From assembly GCA_051866635.1 (NCBI GenBank), contig JBJDXJ010000007.1, positions 1 to 19,979 on the forward strand: a stretch of DNA of 19,979 nucleotides. Direction: 5' to 3'. The position numbers were made by a program, and so were the translations under genes. This document shows positions 1-9,030 of this stretch, in pieces (positions within the stretch are counted from its first letter, which is position 1; each line of letters starts with the position of its first letter). The DNA comes from Clostridia bacterium. GTDB taxonomy: Bacteria; Bacillota; Clostridia; UMGS1883. A model generated the notes under the pieces. It saw only the letters and a program-made list of their open reading frames with translations. It was not told the DNA's origin and did no database searches.

Positions 1-774
1 TGTTTTGTAAAGACTGTTGTAATCCTCCATAAGCCTTAGAGAAAATTCTACAAGCTCTTCATTTGATAATTTTTCCCCACCGCAGATTTCACGGAAAAGA
101 GCAGGATTTGCTATAGCTCCCCTGCCAAGCATTACGCCTTCTAAGGCGGGATATTTTTCCTCTATCCTTTTAAAATCAGCATGAGTAAATATGTTGCCGT
201 TATAACAAATGGGCATTTTTGCTTTTTTGTATACTCTGTCAAACACATCCATATCAGGCTCGCCCTTATACATCTCAGCCCGTGTTCTCGGATGAATTGT
301 AAGCTGACAAATTGGGTATTTATTGTAAATATCCATAAGGGTATCCATCTCGTCACCCTCTAAAAAGCCTATTCTTGTTTTAATGCTTATTTTCATCCTT
401 GTGTTTTCAAACACTTCTTCTAAAAACCTGTCAAGATAATCTGTATCACGGAGCATACCCGAGCCTTTGTTCTTTTTCACCACAGTAGAGGAAGGACAGC
501 CTAAGTTTATGTTTATCTCATTATATCCAACCTTTGCCACCGTTTCTTCAAAGCGTAAAAATGCATCGGCATTGTTTGTCAGAACCTGGACTTTTAAACT
601 AACCCTATTGTTGAAAGGATGTACATCTCTTAGTGCTTTTATCCCCAGTTTCTCGTTTTCTGTAGGTGTGATAAAGGGGGCGTAATACGTATCTACGCCC
701 CCAAAAAGGTTTTTGTGTGCATTTCTGTATGTATATGTTGTAATACCTTCCATAGGTGCAAAGTATAACTTCAT
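1..774 (-). CDS. dus: tRNA-dihydrouridine synthase family protein (3' end truncated by window edge)
   Basis: Not in the ORF track because it runs off the edge. Manual translation from ATG at 774: MKLYFAPMEGITTYTYRNAH...VQVLTN...INLGCPSSTVVKKNKGSGML...IHPRT...YNGNI...MLGRGAIANP, open to base 1. These are the Dus motifs APM, NxGCP (catalytic Cys), HxRT, NG and GRG. Confidence 0.92.
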   Translation of the reverse strand, partial: MKLYFAPMEGITTYTYRNAHKNLFGGVDTYYAPFITPTENEKLGIKALRDVHPFNNRVSLKVQVLTNNADAFLRFEETVAKVGYNEININLGCPSSTVVKKNKGSGMLRDTDYLDRFLEEVFENTRMKISIKTRIGFLEGDEMDTLMDIYNKYPICQLTIHPRTRAEMYKGEPDMDVFDRVYKKAKMPICYNGNIFTHADFKRIEEKYPALEGVMLGRGAIANPALFREICGGEKLSNEELVEFSLRLMEDYNSLYKT

Positions 775-775
775 A

Positions 776-1252
776 CTATTCATAATCCTTTACAAGAAGT
801 GCTCTTACATAGCCACGGTCCTTACTTGTTGAGTCAATGTAAAAGCCTCTGCCGTAATAAAATCTTACCAAACTGAAAACCTTAGATGCAGTATGGAGAG
901 AAATCCTTTTTACGCCGTTATGACGCATTGTTATGTCCACCATGTTCATAAGTGCCTTGCCGATACCAAGATTCTGATACCTTGTGCTTACACCGAAACG
1001 GCTTAAATAAGCCTCTTTTGCTTCCTCATCGATTGCCACACGTACACTGCCTACCACCTCGTCGTCAATGTATGCCACAAGCACAATTTTTTCTTCTATG
1101 TCACGCTGTATATCGGCAGCTGTGTCATTAAGTGCCGCAATGGTGTCAAGGTGTGCCATTTCGCAATACTTTTCAAATGCTTCGGCTGTTATCTTCATAA
1201 TCGCCTCTGCATCCTCCATGCTTGCACGACGCACTTCAAAATATTTGTTCAT
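776..1252 (-). CDS. GNAT family N-acetyltransferase
   Basis: Acetyl-CoA binding motif A (FGVSTRYQNLGIGKALM) and the C-terminal RFYYGRGF motif; purine-rich SD (GAGGAAGG) upstream. Confidence 0.88.
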   Translation of the reverse strand: MNKYFEVRRASMEDAEAIMKITAEAFEKYCEMAHLDTIAALNDTAADIQRDIEEKIVLVAYIDDEVVGSVRVAIDEEAKEAYLSRFGVSTRYQNLGIGKALMNMVDITMRHNGVKRISLHTASKVFSLVRFYYGRGFYIDSTSKDRGYVRALLVKDYE

Positions 1253-1295
1253 ATAACTTAACCCTTCCTCACGATTACATCGCTTTGCAAAACTC

Positions 1296-2216
1296 TTATT
1301 CGCTCATCAAAAGCTGCATAACAGCCTTCTGTGCGTGAAGTCTGTTTTCCGCTTCGTCAAAAATAACGCTCATAGGTCCGTCAATAATATCTTCTGTCAC
1401 TTCATAACCACGGTATGCAGGCAGACAATGCATAAATATTGCATCATCCTTTGCGTAGGAAAAGAGCTTTTTATCAACTGTAAAGCCTTGGAACGCTTTA
1501 ATTCTTTCTTCCTTTTCAGCATCCTGACCCATGGAACACCACGTGTCTGTAATTACAACATCAGCATTTTTCATAGCTTCAATCGGGTCACCTGTCAGGA
1601 TAATATTTGCACCTGTTTTCTTAGCATCGCTCTTTGCATTTTCAACAACTTCCCCGTCACAGGTGTAATTTTCAGGTGATGCCACAGATATATCAACGCC
1701 TAACTTTGCACTGCCGTAAAGAAGTGAATGGGCAATATTGTTGCCGTCGCCTACGTAGGCAATTTTAAGATTGCTTCTCTTGCCCTTATATTCTTCAATA
1801 GTCTGGAAATCAGCCAAAATCTGACAGGGGTGAACAAGGTCTGTAAGTCCGTTAATAATGGGAATAGTGCCGTACTTTGCCAAATCTTCAACATCACTTT
1901 GTTTAAATGTACGAATCATGATACCGTCAAGGTAACGGGAAAGAACGTTTGCAGTGTCGTAAATAGATTCCCCTCTTCCAAGCTGAATATCGTTTGAGGA
2001 TAAGAACAACGCCCTGCCCCCAAGCTGGCTCATACCAACTTCAAAGGACACACGTGTCCTTGTGGAGCTTTTTGAGAAAATCATACCGAGTGTTTTGCCC
2101 TTTAAGGGTTCGTTTGTAACACCCTTTTTCAAATCGCTCTTTAACTTTTTAGCCAAATCAAGAATTTGGTTAATTTCTTCTGTTGATAAGTCATGTAATG
2201 TTAATAAGTGTTTCAT
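1296..2216 (-). CDS. argF: Ornithine carbamoyltransferase
   Basis: STRTR carbamoyl-phosphate motif, HPCQ, DTWCSMGQ (SMG ornithine loop) and HCLP. Start moved to ATG 2216 (MKHLL), behind an AAGGATGA SD. Confidence 0.96.
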   Translation of the reverse strand: MKHLLTLHDLSTEEINQILDLAKKLKSDLKKGVTNEPLKGKTLGMIFSKSSTRTRVSFEVGMSQLGGRALFLSSNDIQLGRGESIYDTANVLSRYLDGIMIRTFKQSDVEDLAKYGTIPIINGLTDLVHPCQILADFQTIEEYKGKRSNLKIAYVGDGNNIAHSLLYGSAKLGVDISVASPENYTCDGEVVENAKSDAKKTGANIILTGDPIEAMKNADVVITDTWCSMGQDAEKEERIKAFQGFTVDKKLFSYAKDDAIFMHCLPAYRGYEVTEDIIDGPMSVIFDEAENRLHAQKAVMQLLMSE

Positions 2217-2229
2217 CCTAATCATCCTT

Positions 2230-3405
2230 TCACAATACTTCTTTAAGTGCATCTACAAACATGTCCGCTTCCGCTTTTGTAATAATAAGTGGCGGCAGAA
2301 CGCGGAGTGTATCACTGCCTACTGCACCTATAAGTATCTTTTTTTCAAAAAGTGCTTTTCGTGTTTCTTGGGCTTTTCCGTATGTATCAATACCTATCAT
2401 CAAGCCCTTATGGCGTATTTCCTTCACCTTGTCGCCCAATTCACTTTCTATTCTTGACACAATGTAGTTACCCATTTTTTCAGAGTTTTCACATAAGTTT
2501 TCCTTTTCCATTATGTCTAAAACAGCCAGTCCCGCTCTTGTTGCCAAGGGGTTACCTCCGAAGGTACCGCCATGGTCACCGGGTGAAAAAGCCTCTGCAA
2601 CAAAATCCTTGGCACATACCGCACCTATGGGAACACCGTTGCCCAAGGCTTTTGCCAACGTGAATATATCAGGCTCAACGCCTAAGGTTTCATAAGCAAA
2701 CATCTTACCTGTGCGGCCGATACCTGTTTGAATTTCGTCAAAAATAAGAATGATTTCCTTTTCGTCACATATATGCCTTACTTCTTTGATATATGCTTCA
2801 TCTAAAAGATGTACACCGCTTTCACCCTGAATAGGTTCCAGAAGGATTGCACATGTTTTATCCGTAACAGCCTCTTTTAAGGCTTCAATGTCATTTATCA
2901 AAACCTGTTTAAACCCCGGAATTAAAGGGTAATAAGGCTTCTGATACTTTTCCTGACCTGTTGCCGCAACAGTAGCTAAAGTTCTTCCGTGGAAAGAGCT
3001 TTTCAAACTTATAACTTCGTACTTTTCAACGCCCTTTTTATAAAAATAAATTTTTGCAAGTTTTATTGCACCTTCGTTTGCTTCTGCACCGCTATTTGCA
3101 AAGTAAACCTTGTCGGCACAGGATATTTCACAAATCTTCTTTGCAAGCTTTGCCTGACTTTCGATATAATACAAACTTGATGTGTGCAAAAGTTTATCAA
3201 CCTGGTCATGCAAAGCCTTTGTAAATTCCTTATGGTTATAACCAAGGCTGTTTACAGCAATACCGGCAAACATATCTAAATACCTGTCGCCTTCGGTTGA
3301 ATAAAGATACATGCCCTGCCCTTTTTCAAAGGCAACGGGCGTTCTGTCGCCGAAAGTATTCATAAAATAGCTTTTATCAATATTTCTAATTTCTTCCCAT
3401 TTCAT
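2230..3405 (-). CDS. argD: Acetylornithine aminotransferase (class III PLP)
   Basis: NSGAEANE, FHGRT, DEIQTG, LAKALGNG (PLP Lys), HGGTFGGNP; adjacent to argF. Start at ATG 3405, behind GAGGTGA. Confidence 0.93.
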   Translation of the reverse strand: MKWEEIRNIDKSYFMNTFGDRTPVAFEKGQGMYLYSTEGDRYLDMFAGIAVNSLGYNHKEFTKALHDQVDKLLHTSSLYYIESQAKLAKKICEISCADKVYFANSGAEANEGAIKLAKIYFYKKGVEKYEVISLKSSFHGRTLATVAATGQEKYQKPYYPLIPGFKQVLINDIEALKEAVTDKTCAILLEPIQGESGVHLLDEAYIKEVRHICDEKEIILIFDEIQTGIGRTGKMFAYETLGVEPDIFTLAKALGNGVPIGAVCAKDFVAEAFSPGDHGGTFGGNPLATRAGLAVLDIMEKENLCENSEKMGNYIVSRIESELGDKVKEIRHKGLMIGIDTYGKAQETRKALFEKKILIGAVGSDTLRVLPPLIITKAEADMFVDALKEVL

Positions 3406-3429
3406 ATAAATCACCTCTTGATGCGGATT

Positions 3430-3458
3430 ATTATACACCATTATGTAAAATTATGCAA
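3430..3458 (-). promoter_or_regulatory. SigA-type promoter of argD operon
   Basis: Minus strand TTGCAT (3458-3453), 17 nt, TATAAT (3435-3430). Confidence 0.75.
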
Positions 3459-3459
3459 T
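3442..3459. promoter_or_regulatory. Putative ARG box (ArgR/AhrC operator)
   Basis: TATGTAAAATTATGCAAT resembles the Firmicutes ARG box (TGCAT-N4-ATGCA type; right half exact), overlaps the -35 and lies directly upstream of argD-argF. Confidence 0.65.
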
Positions 3460-3477
3460 ACCTTTTTTGGGAATTTA

Positions 3478-3843
3478 TTAAAAAACACAAAAAGCGTCAC
3501 GTATAAGCTCAATACTGCTGTCTTTGCCTCCGTCCCCTGTAATGCTTACAACATCAAAACGGCATGGACAATCGTATAAATTATGCATTTTGAGATAAAC
3601 CTGAGCCGCTTTTATAATTTTCCTTTGTTTAAAAATATCCACGGTTTCCTTTCCGGAACCGTGGTCTTCACTTTTGCGGAGCCTTACCTCCACAAAGCAC
3701 AAATATTCTTTATCCCTCGCAATAATATCAATTTCACCTAAATTATGTGCATTGAAATTACGCTCAATAATCTTATACTTTTTCTTTTTAAGAAATTTTA
3801 CGGCAAGATCCTCACCGATATTTCCAATCTCTCTTTTTATCAT
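3478..3843 (-). CDS. yraN: YraN/UPF0102 family protein
   Basis: GEDLA..FL, RNF, GEIDIIA, FVEVR and RFDVV motifs; usual position after rnhB, with a 4-nt ATGA overlap. Confidence 0.9.
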   Translation of the reverse strand: MIKREIGNIGEDLAVKFLKKKKYKIIERNFNAHNLGEIDIIARDKEYLCFVEVRLRKSEDHGSGKETVDIFKQRKIIKAAQVYLKMHNLYDCPCRFDVVSITGDGGKDSSIELIRDAFCVF

Positions 3844-4478
3844 AAAACAAACTTCTTTATAAATGTTTTTCTGTGAACTTCCGATGCGCCATACTTTTTA
3901 AGCATTTCAATGTGAAGTGCAGTACCGTAGCCCTTATGCTTTTCAAACTGATACATAGGATACTTTTCGGCTAAGGAAAGCATATATCTGTCCCTTGTAA
4001 CCTTTGCAAGTATTGAAGATGCCGATATGCTTGCACTTTTACTGTCACCTTTTACAATACAGCGGTAGGGATAATTGCAATCCTTTATACAGTCACCGTC
4101 AATAAGCACATAGTCAATTTTGCTTTTTAAGCCATCAATTGCTCTGTTCATTGCCATATAGGTGGCATTTCTTATATTATATTTGTCAATTTCGTCAACT
4201 GTTGCAGTTGCCACAGACCAGGCTATAGCCTTTTCTGTTATGATATCATACAGTGATTCACGCTTTTTTTCGCTTATTTTTTTAGAGTCGTTCAGCCCCT
4301 CAATAATAATCCCTTTCGGCAGTATTACAGCCGCGGCATACACATCACCGGCCAAAGGTCCCCGTCCTGCTTCGTCAACACCTGCAATTATGTCAAAGCC
4401 TTCATCAAACAATGTGTTTTCAATGTCCCACATTGCCCGAAGTCGCTCATTCTCCTGTTCTTTTGTAAGCCTTGGCAT
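3840..4478 (-). CDS. rnhB: Ribonuclease HII
   Basis: AGVDEAGRGPLAG, DSKK, IDG, KGD, AKVTRD, HKGYGT motifs. Confidence 0.96.
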   Translation of the reverse strand: MPRLTKEQENERLRAMWDIENTLFDEGFDIIAGVDEAGRGPLAGDVYAAAVILPKGIIIEGLNDSKKISEKKRESLYDIITEKAIAWSVATATVDEIDKYNIRNATYMAMNRAIDGLKSKIDYVLIDGDCIKDCNYPYRCIVKGDSKSASISASSILAKVTRDRYMLSLAEKYPMYQFEKHKGYGTALHIEMLKKYGASEVHRKTFIKKFVL

Positions 4479-5326
4479 TACTGCACCTTCTCCAGTGTAA
4501 TCTTTCCAATCTTTGCACCACGGAATTCATCAAGAACCACGTTTGCACCTCTTAATCCGTCGTACTCGTTGCCTTTTAAAATAAATCCACGCTTTCTGCA
4601 GACCTTCTCTAACAAGTCATACATACTGTCGTTATCGTCAAACTCAATCTTATATCTTTCCTTTAAAAGATTTGGATATTCCCTTCTTAACCTGTCTAAA
4701 AGATGGGAAGCAAGCTCTTCCGTGTCTAAAACATCATCCTTTATAGAACCGATAAAGGCAAGGTTCATTGCCACATTTTTATCTTCAAATTTGGGCCAAA
4801 GAATACCCGGTGTGTCCAAAAGCTCAATTCCGCCCGAAAGGGTAATCCACTGCTTACCACGTGTTACGCCGGGGCGGTCACCCACCTTTGCGGCGGCTTT
4901 TCCGTTAAGTTTATTGATAAAACTGCTCTTACCTACGTTAGGAATTCCGCAAACCATTGCTCTTATGGGACGGTTAACAAGACCACGTTCCTTATCTCTT
5001 TCAATTTTGTCCTTCATGAGTTCACGTATGGCATTTGTCAGTTTTTCTATGCCCTTACCGTTAATACTGCTTACAGTTACAGAGCTAAGCCCTTCTTTCA
5101 AAAAGTAGTTCTGCCACTTCTGCGTTTCAACAGGGTCTGCAATATCGGTCTTATTAATTATAATCAAGGTCTTTTTACCTTTTGAGAGCTTCGGAAGGTC
5201 AGGATTACGGCTTGAAAGAGGGCATCTTGCATCCACAATTTCAACAATGCAATCAACAAGTTTCATGTTGTCTTCCATCATTCTCTTCGCTTTGGTCATA
5301 TGACCCGGAAACCAATGTATATCCAT
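4478..5326 (-). CDS. ylqF: Ribosome biogenesis GTPase RbgA/YlqF
   Basis: N-terminal IHWFPGHM; circularly permuted G motifs NKTD, GIPNVGKS, PGVT, DTPGILWP. Confidence 0.96.
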   Translation of the reverse strand: MDIHWFPGHMTKAKRMMEDNMKLVDCIVEIVDARCPLSSRNPDLPKLSKGKKTLIIINKTDIADPVETQKWQNYFLKEGLSSVTVSSINGKGIEKLTNAIRELMKDKIERDKERGLVNRPIRAMVCGIPNVGKSSFINKLNGKAAAKVGDRPGVTRGKQWITLSGGIELLDTPGILWPKFEDKNVAMNLAFIGSIKDDVLDTEELASHLLDRLRREYPNLLKERYKIEFDDNDSMYDLLEKVCRKRGFILKGNEYDGLRGANVVLDEFRGAKIGKITLEKVQ

Positions 5327-5337
5327 ACTTTACCTCA

Positions 5338-5904
5338 TTATTCAACTAAGCCTATTTTTGTAACAGGCCAGAGTCTTAACACAACCTTACCTAAAATGGC
5401 ATCTTTATCAACATAGCCTACAGAAGGATCACGGCTGTCACGGGAATTATTTCTGTTATCGCCTAAAACAAAAACAGAATCATCGGGAACAACCCATGAA
5501 TTTTCGCCGCCGAAATAGCTTCTGTCAAGCATTTCTTCTTTTATATAAGGTTCTTCAATCTTCATGCCGTCAACATATACGGCATTTTCTTCATAATCAA
5601 TTTCCACGCTCTGCCCTTCTGTGGCAATAACTCTTTTTACATAGTAACTGCCCTGTGCACAGTCGGGTTCAAAAATTATAATATCCCCATTATCAGGTTC
5701 ATATCCCAATCTCCATGCAATAAGGTGTTCCTTATTATGCAAAGTATTTGCCATAGATTCTCCGTCTACTTTGACAACTGTCATAATAAACTGTCTTATA
5801 AAGAAGGCAACGCTTGCAGCAATCACAAGCACCAACACCCATTCAATTATCTCACGCAGCATACTCTTTTGTTCCTTTTGGTTTTCAATGTTCATTTCTT
5901 CCAT
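5338..5904 (-). CDS. lepB: Signal peptidase I
   Basis: One N-terminal TM helix, GESM (catalytic Ser), YVKRVI (catalytic Lys), GDNRNNSRDSR. Start at ATG 5904, behind GGGAGG. Confidence 0.94.
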   Translation of the reverse strand: MEEMNIENQKEQKSMLREIIEWVLVLVIAASVAFFIRQFIMTVVKVDGESMANTLHNKEHLIAWRLGYEPDNGDIIIFEPDCAQGSYYVKRVIATEGQSVEIDYEENAVYVDGMKIEEPYIKEEMLDRSYFGGENSWVVPDDSVFVLGDNRNNSRDSRDPSVGYVDKDAILGKVVLRLWPVTKIGLVE

Positions 5905-5944
5905 TTGAAATACCCTCCCGAAATACATTTATTAAATCGAATAT

Positions 5945-5973
5945 AATATACCATACCCTTTAAACTTTTTCAA
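5945..5973 (-). promoter_or_regulatory. SigA-type promoter for lepB-ylqF-rnhB-yraN
   Basis: Minus strand TTGAAA, 17 nt, TATTAT with an extended TGn. Confidence 0.6.
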
Positions 5974-6058
5974 GTTTATATTTTCCATCTTTACATTTCA
6001 TCGCATAATGTTCACTTTTTGTTTACAAAAAATACGACATATATTGTCAATTTGTGTA

Positions 6059-6087
6059 TTGACTCTTTTTTTTAATAAAGTTATAAT
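6059..6087 (+). promoter_or_regulatory. SigA-type promoter for activase operon
   Basis: TTGACT (6059-6064), 17 nt, TATAAT (6082-6087); GGGAGG SD before 6126. Confidence 0.75.
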
Positions 6088-6125
6088 TATATGAGTAGTG
6101 TTTTTCCCACGGGAGGTATTTTTCT

Positions 6126-9017
6126 ATGATGCGTATTGGTTTTGATATTGGCTCAACTACTTTGAAATGTGTGGTATTGGATGAAGAAAATAAAATAGTG
6201 TTTTCATCATACGACAGACATCTTTCTCAGATTAAGCAAAAAAGTGCTGAGCTTTTGAACATTATTAAAAAGGAATTTCCCAATGAAAAGGACTTTCTTT
6301 TTGCTATTTCAGGCTCTGCAGGTATGGGTGTGGCACAAAGTGCCTCTGTTCAGTTTGTACAGGAAGTTTATGCTACACGTGCATCAGCCAGAAAATTCCT
6401 TCCGGGAACTGACGTTATAATTGAGCTTGGCGGCGAAGATGCCAAGATTTTGTTTTTAAAGGGTAGCTGTGAAGTAAGAATGAACGGTAGCTGTGCCGGA
6501 GGTACAGGTGCGTTTATTGACCAGATGGCAACGCTTTTAAAGCTGACCCCTTCTGAAATGAATGATTATGCCTCAAAGTACGAAAGGCTTTATACTATTG
6601 CCTCACGGTGCGGCGTTTTCGCAAAGAGCGATGTTCAGCCCCTTTTAAATCAGGGTGCAAACAAATACGATATATCCGCAAGTATTTTTGATGCAGTTGT
6701 TAACCAGACTATCGGCGGTCTTGCCCAGGGCAGACCAATTGAAGGAAACGTTGTTTATCTTGGCGGTCCCTTAACATTCTTCCCCACACTCAGAAGCCTT
6801 TTTGACAAGGCTTTGGGACGATGCGGTATATGTCCTGAAAATTCCCTTTTGTACGTGGCTTTAGGTGCGGCTATATGCGCCGAAGATAAGGTTAACATTG
6901 ATAAGGTTATAAAAGGTATTGAAGAATACAGTGCAGGGGGCGAATTTAATACACTTACGCCTCTTTTCCAAAACGAAAAGGAATATGACGAATTTTTAAA
7001 CCGTCACAAAAAGGCAACCGTAATGCAGAAGGAATTAAAAGATGCCAAAGGCAAGGTTTTCTTAGGCATTGATGCAGGCAGTACAACAGTTAAAACTGTT
7101 GTCATTAATGAAAACGAAGAAATCCTTTATTCCTCCTATTCTTCAAACAGCGGTAACCCCGTTCCCGTTATCCGTAAAATTTTAGAGGATATTTACACCA
7201 AAAAGCCTGATATTCAGATTGCATCTGCGGCTGTTACAGGCTATGGCGAAGATATTATTAAAAATGCTTTTGGTGTGGATTACGGTATTGTTGAAACCGT
7301 TGCCCACTTTACAGCCGCAAAGAAGTTTATGCCTGACGTTGAATTTGTCATTGACATAGGCGGTCAGGACATGAAGTGTTTTAAAATCAAGAACGGTGCT
7401 ATAGACAACATTTACCTTAATGAAGCCTGTTCTTCAGGTTGCGGAAGCTTTTTGCAGACCTTTGCAAATGCCTTAGGTTATGATATTGAAGAGTTTTCCA
7501 AAAAAGGCTTATACGCCAAAAACCCCGTTGACTTAGGTTCAAGATGTACCGTGTTTATGAATTCCTCTGTTAAGCAGGCACAGAAAGACGGTGCAACCAT
7601 TGAAGATATTTCAGCAGGTCTTTCCACAAGTGTTGTAAAAAATGCAATTTACAAGGTAATCAGACCCTCCTCCAAGGATGATTTAGGAAAGCACATTGTT
7701 GTTCAGGGCGGTACTTTCTTAAATGATGCCGTTCTTCGTGCATTTGAACAGGAAATGGGCGTAGAGGTTGTTCGTCCTTCAATTTCTGCACTTATGGGAG
7801 CCTACGGCGGTGCACTTTACGCAAAGAGCAAGGGAAAGAGCGAAAGCACAATTATAACTAAAGCACAATTAGACAATTTCACACATGAAGTAAAGACAGT
7901 AAACTGCTCAGGCTGTACAAATAACTGTCTTCTTACAATAAACACCTTTGACAATAACAGACGCTTTATAAGCGGAAACCGTTGTGAAAGACCTGTTACA
8001 AAAAAATCACCTGACGAAAGTCTGAACCTTTATGCATATAAGAACGCCCTTCTTTCATCATATGAATCAAAGGAAGGAAAGTTTGGAAAAATCGGCATCC
8101 CCATGGGGCTTAATATGTACGAAATGTATCCCTTCTGGCATACGTTCTTTACAGAGTTGGGCTTTGAGGTTGTAAGAAGTCCTCAATCTTCACGTTCACT
8201 TTATCTTAAAGGGCAGTCCACAATTCCCTCAGACACTGTTTGCTTCCCTGCAAAACTGATGCACGGTCATGTGGCTTCTTTGATAGAACAGGGCGTTAAG
8301 ACAATTTTCTATCCCTGTATGACTTATAACTTTGACGAAAAATTGGGTGACAACCACTATAACTGTCCCGTTGTTGCCTACTATCCCGAGGTTATTGCAT
8401 CAAACTGTCCTGAAGCCGGTGATATAAAGTTTATTTACGACTACATCGGTATTCACCGTGAAAATGATTTCCCGAAAAAGATATATGATATTTTGTCCTC
8501 ACACTACCCTTCCCTGTCACTTAAGGATGTGGAAAAGGCATGTAAGAAGGCATATGCCGAAAGGGAAAGCTACCTTAAAAAGGTTCAGGCAAAGGGCGGC
8601 GAAATTATCGAAAAAGCACGCTTGGAAGGCAAGCACATTATTGTTCTTGCAGGAAGGCCTTACCATGTTGACTGCGAAATCAACCACGGTATTGACAAAC
8701 TTATTACCTCATTTGACACTGCACTTGTTACGGAGGATTCAATTTATCATCTTGCATCTTATGTCCGTCCCGGGGTACTTGACCAGTGGACATATCATTC
8801 CAGACTGTACCGTGCCGCAAAATACGTAACAGAACAAAAGGACATGGATTTAGTCCAACTTGTTTCCTTCGGTTGCGGTGTTGACGCTATTACAACCGAC
8901 GAAGTAAGAAGCATCCTTGAAGGCGGCAACAAGATTTATACACAAATCAAGATTGATGAAATCACCAATTTGGGTGCTGTCAAGATAAGACTGAGAAGTC
9001 TTCTTGCCACATTATAA
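6126..9017 (+). CDS. CoA-substrate-specific enzyme activase: two BadF/HgdC-like ASKHA ATPase domains plus a DUF2229-type domain
   Basis: Two copies of the activase motif set: GFDIGSTT / ELGGEDAK / CAGGTG / RCGVF and GIDAGSTT / DIGGQDMK / CSSGCG / RCTVF. These are followed by CSGCTNNC..GNRC, DTVCFPAK, NCPVV, GRPYH and FGCGVD. Confidence 0.88.
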   Translation: MMRIGFDIGSTTLKCVVLDEENKIVFSSYDRHLSQIKQKSAELLNIIKKEFPNEKDFLFAISGSAGMGVAQSASVQFVQEVYATRASARKFLPGTDVIIELGGEDAKILFLKGSCEVRMNGSCAGGTGAFIDQMATLLKLTPSEMNDYASKYERLYTIASRCGVFAKSDVQPLLNQGANKYDISASIFDAVVNQTIGGLAQGRPIEGNVVYLGGPLTFFPTLRSLFDKALGRCGICPENSLLYVALGAAICAEDKVNIDKVIKGIEEYSAGGEFNTLTPLFQNEKEYDEFLNRHKKATVMQKELKDAKGKVFLGIDAGSTTVKTVVINENEEILYSSYSSNSGNPVPVIRKILEDIYTKKPDIQIASAAVTGYGEDIIKNAFGVDYGIVETVAHFTAAKKFMPDVEFVIDIGGQDMKCFKIKNGAIDNIYLNEACSSGCGSFLQTFANALGYDIEEFSKKGLYAKNPVDLGSRCTVFMNSSVKQAQKDGATIEDISAGLSTSVVKNAIYKVIRPSSKDDLGKHIVVQGGTFLNDAVLRAFEQEMGVEVVRPSISALMGAYGGALYAKSKGKSESTIITKAQLDNFTHEVKTVNCSGCTNNCLLTINTFDNNRRFISGNRCERPVTKKSPDESLNLYAYKNALLSSYESKEGKFGKIGIPMGLNMYEMYPFWHTFFTELGFEVVRSPQSSRSLYLKGQSTIPSDTVCFPAKLMHGHVASLIEQGVKTIFYPCMTYNFDEKLGDNHYNCPVVAYYPEVIASNCPEAGDIKFIYDYIGIHRENDFPKKIYDILSSHYPSLSLKDVEKACKKAYAERESYLKKVQAKGGEIIEKARLEGKHIIVLAGRPYHVDCEINHGIDKLITSFDTALVTEDSIYHLASYVRPGVLDQWTYHSRLYRAAKYVTEQKDMDLVQLVSFGCGVDAITTDEVRSILEGGNKIYTQIKIDEITNLGAVKIRLRSLLATL

Positions 9018-9030
9018 GGGAGGAGTTAAA

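Noticed and set aside
601-660. Suspected frameshift or pseudogene in dus, since it is absent from the ORF track
   Set aside because: Careful translation shows an intact frame (…ENEKLGIKALRDVHPFNNRV…). The ORF is missing only because its stop lies outside the window.
4162-5108. Antisense ORFs 4162-4500 and 4569-5108
   Set aside because: Shadows of rnhB and ylqF; no SD or recognisable motifs.
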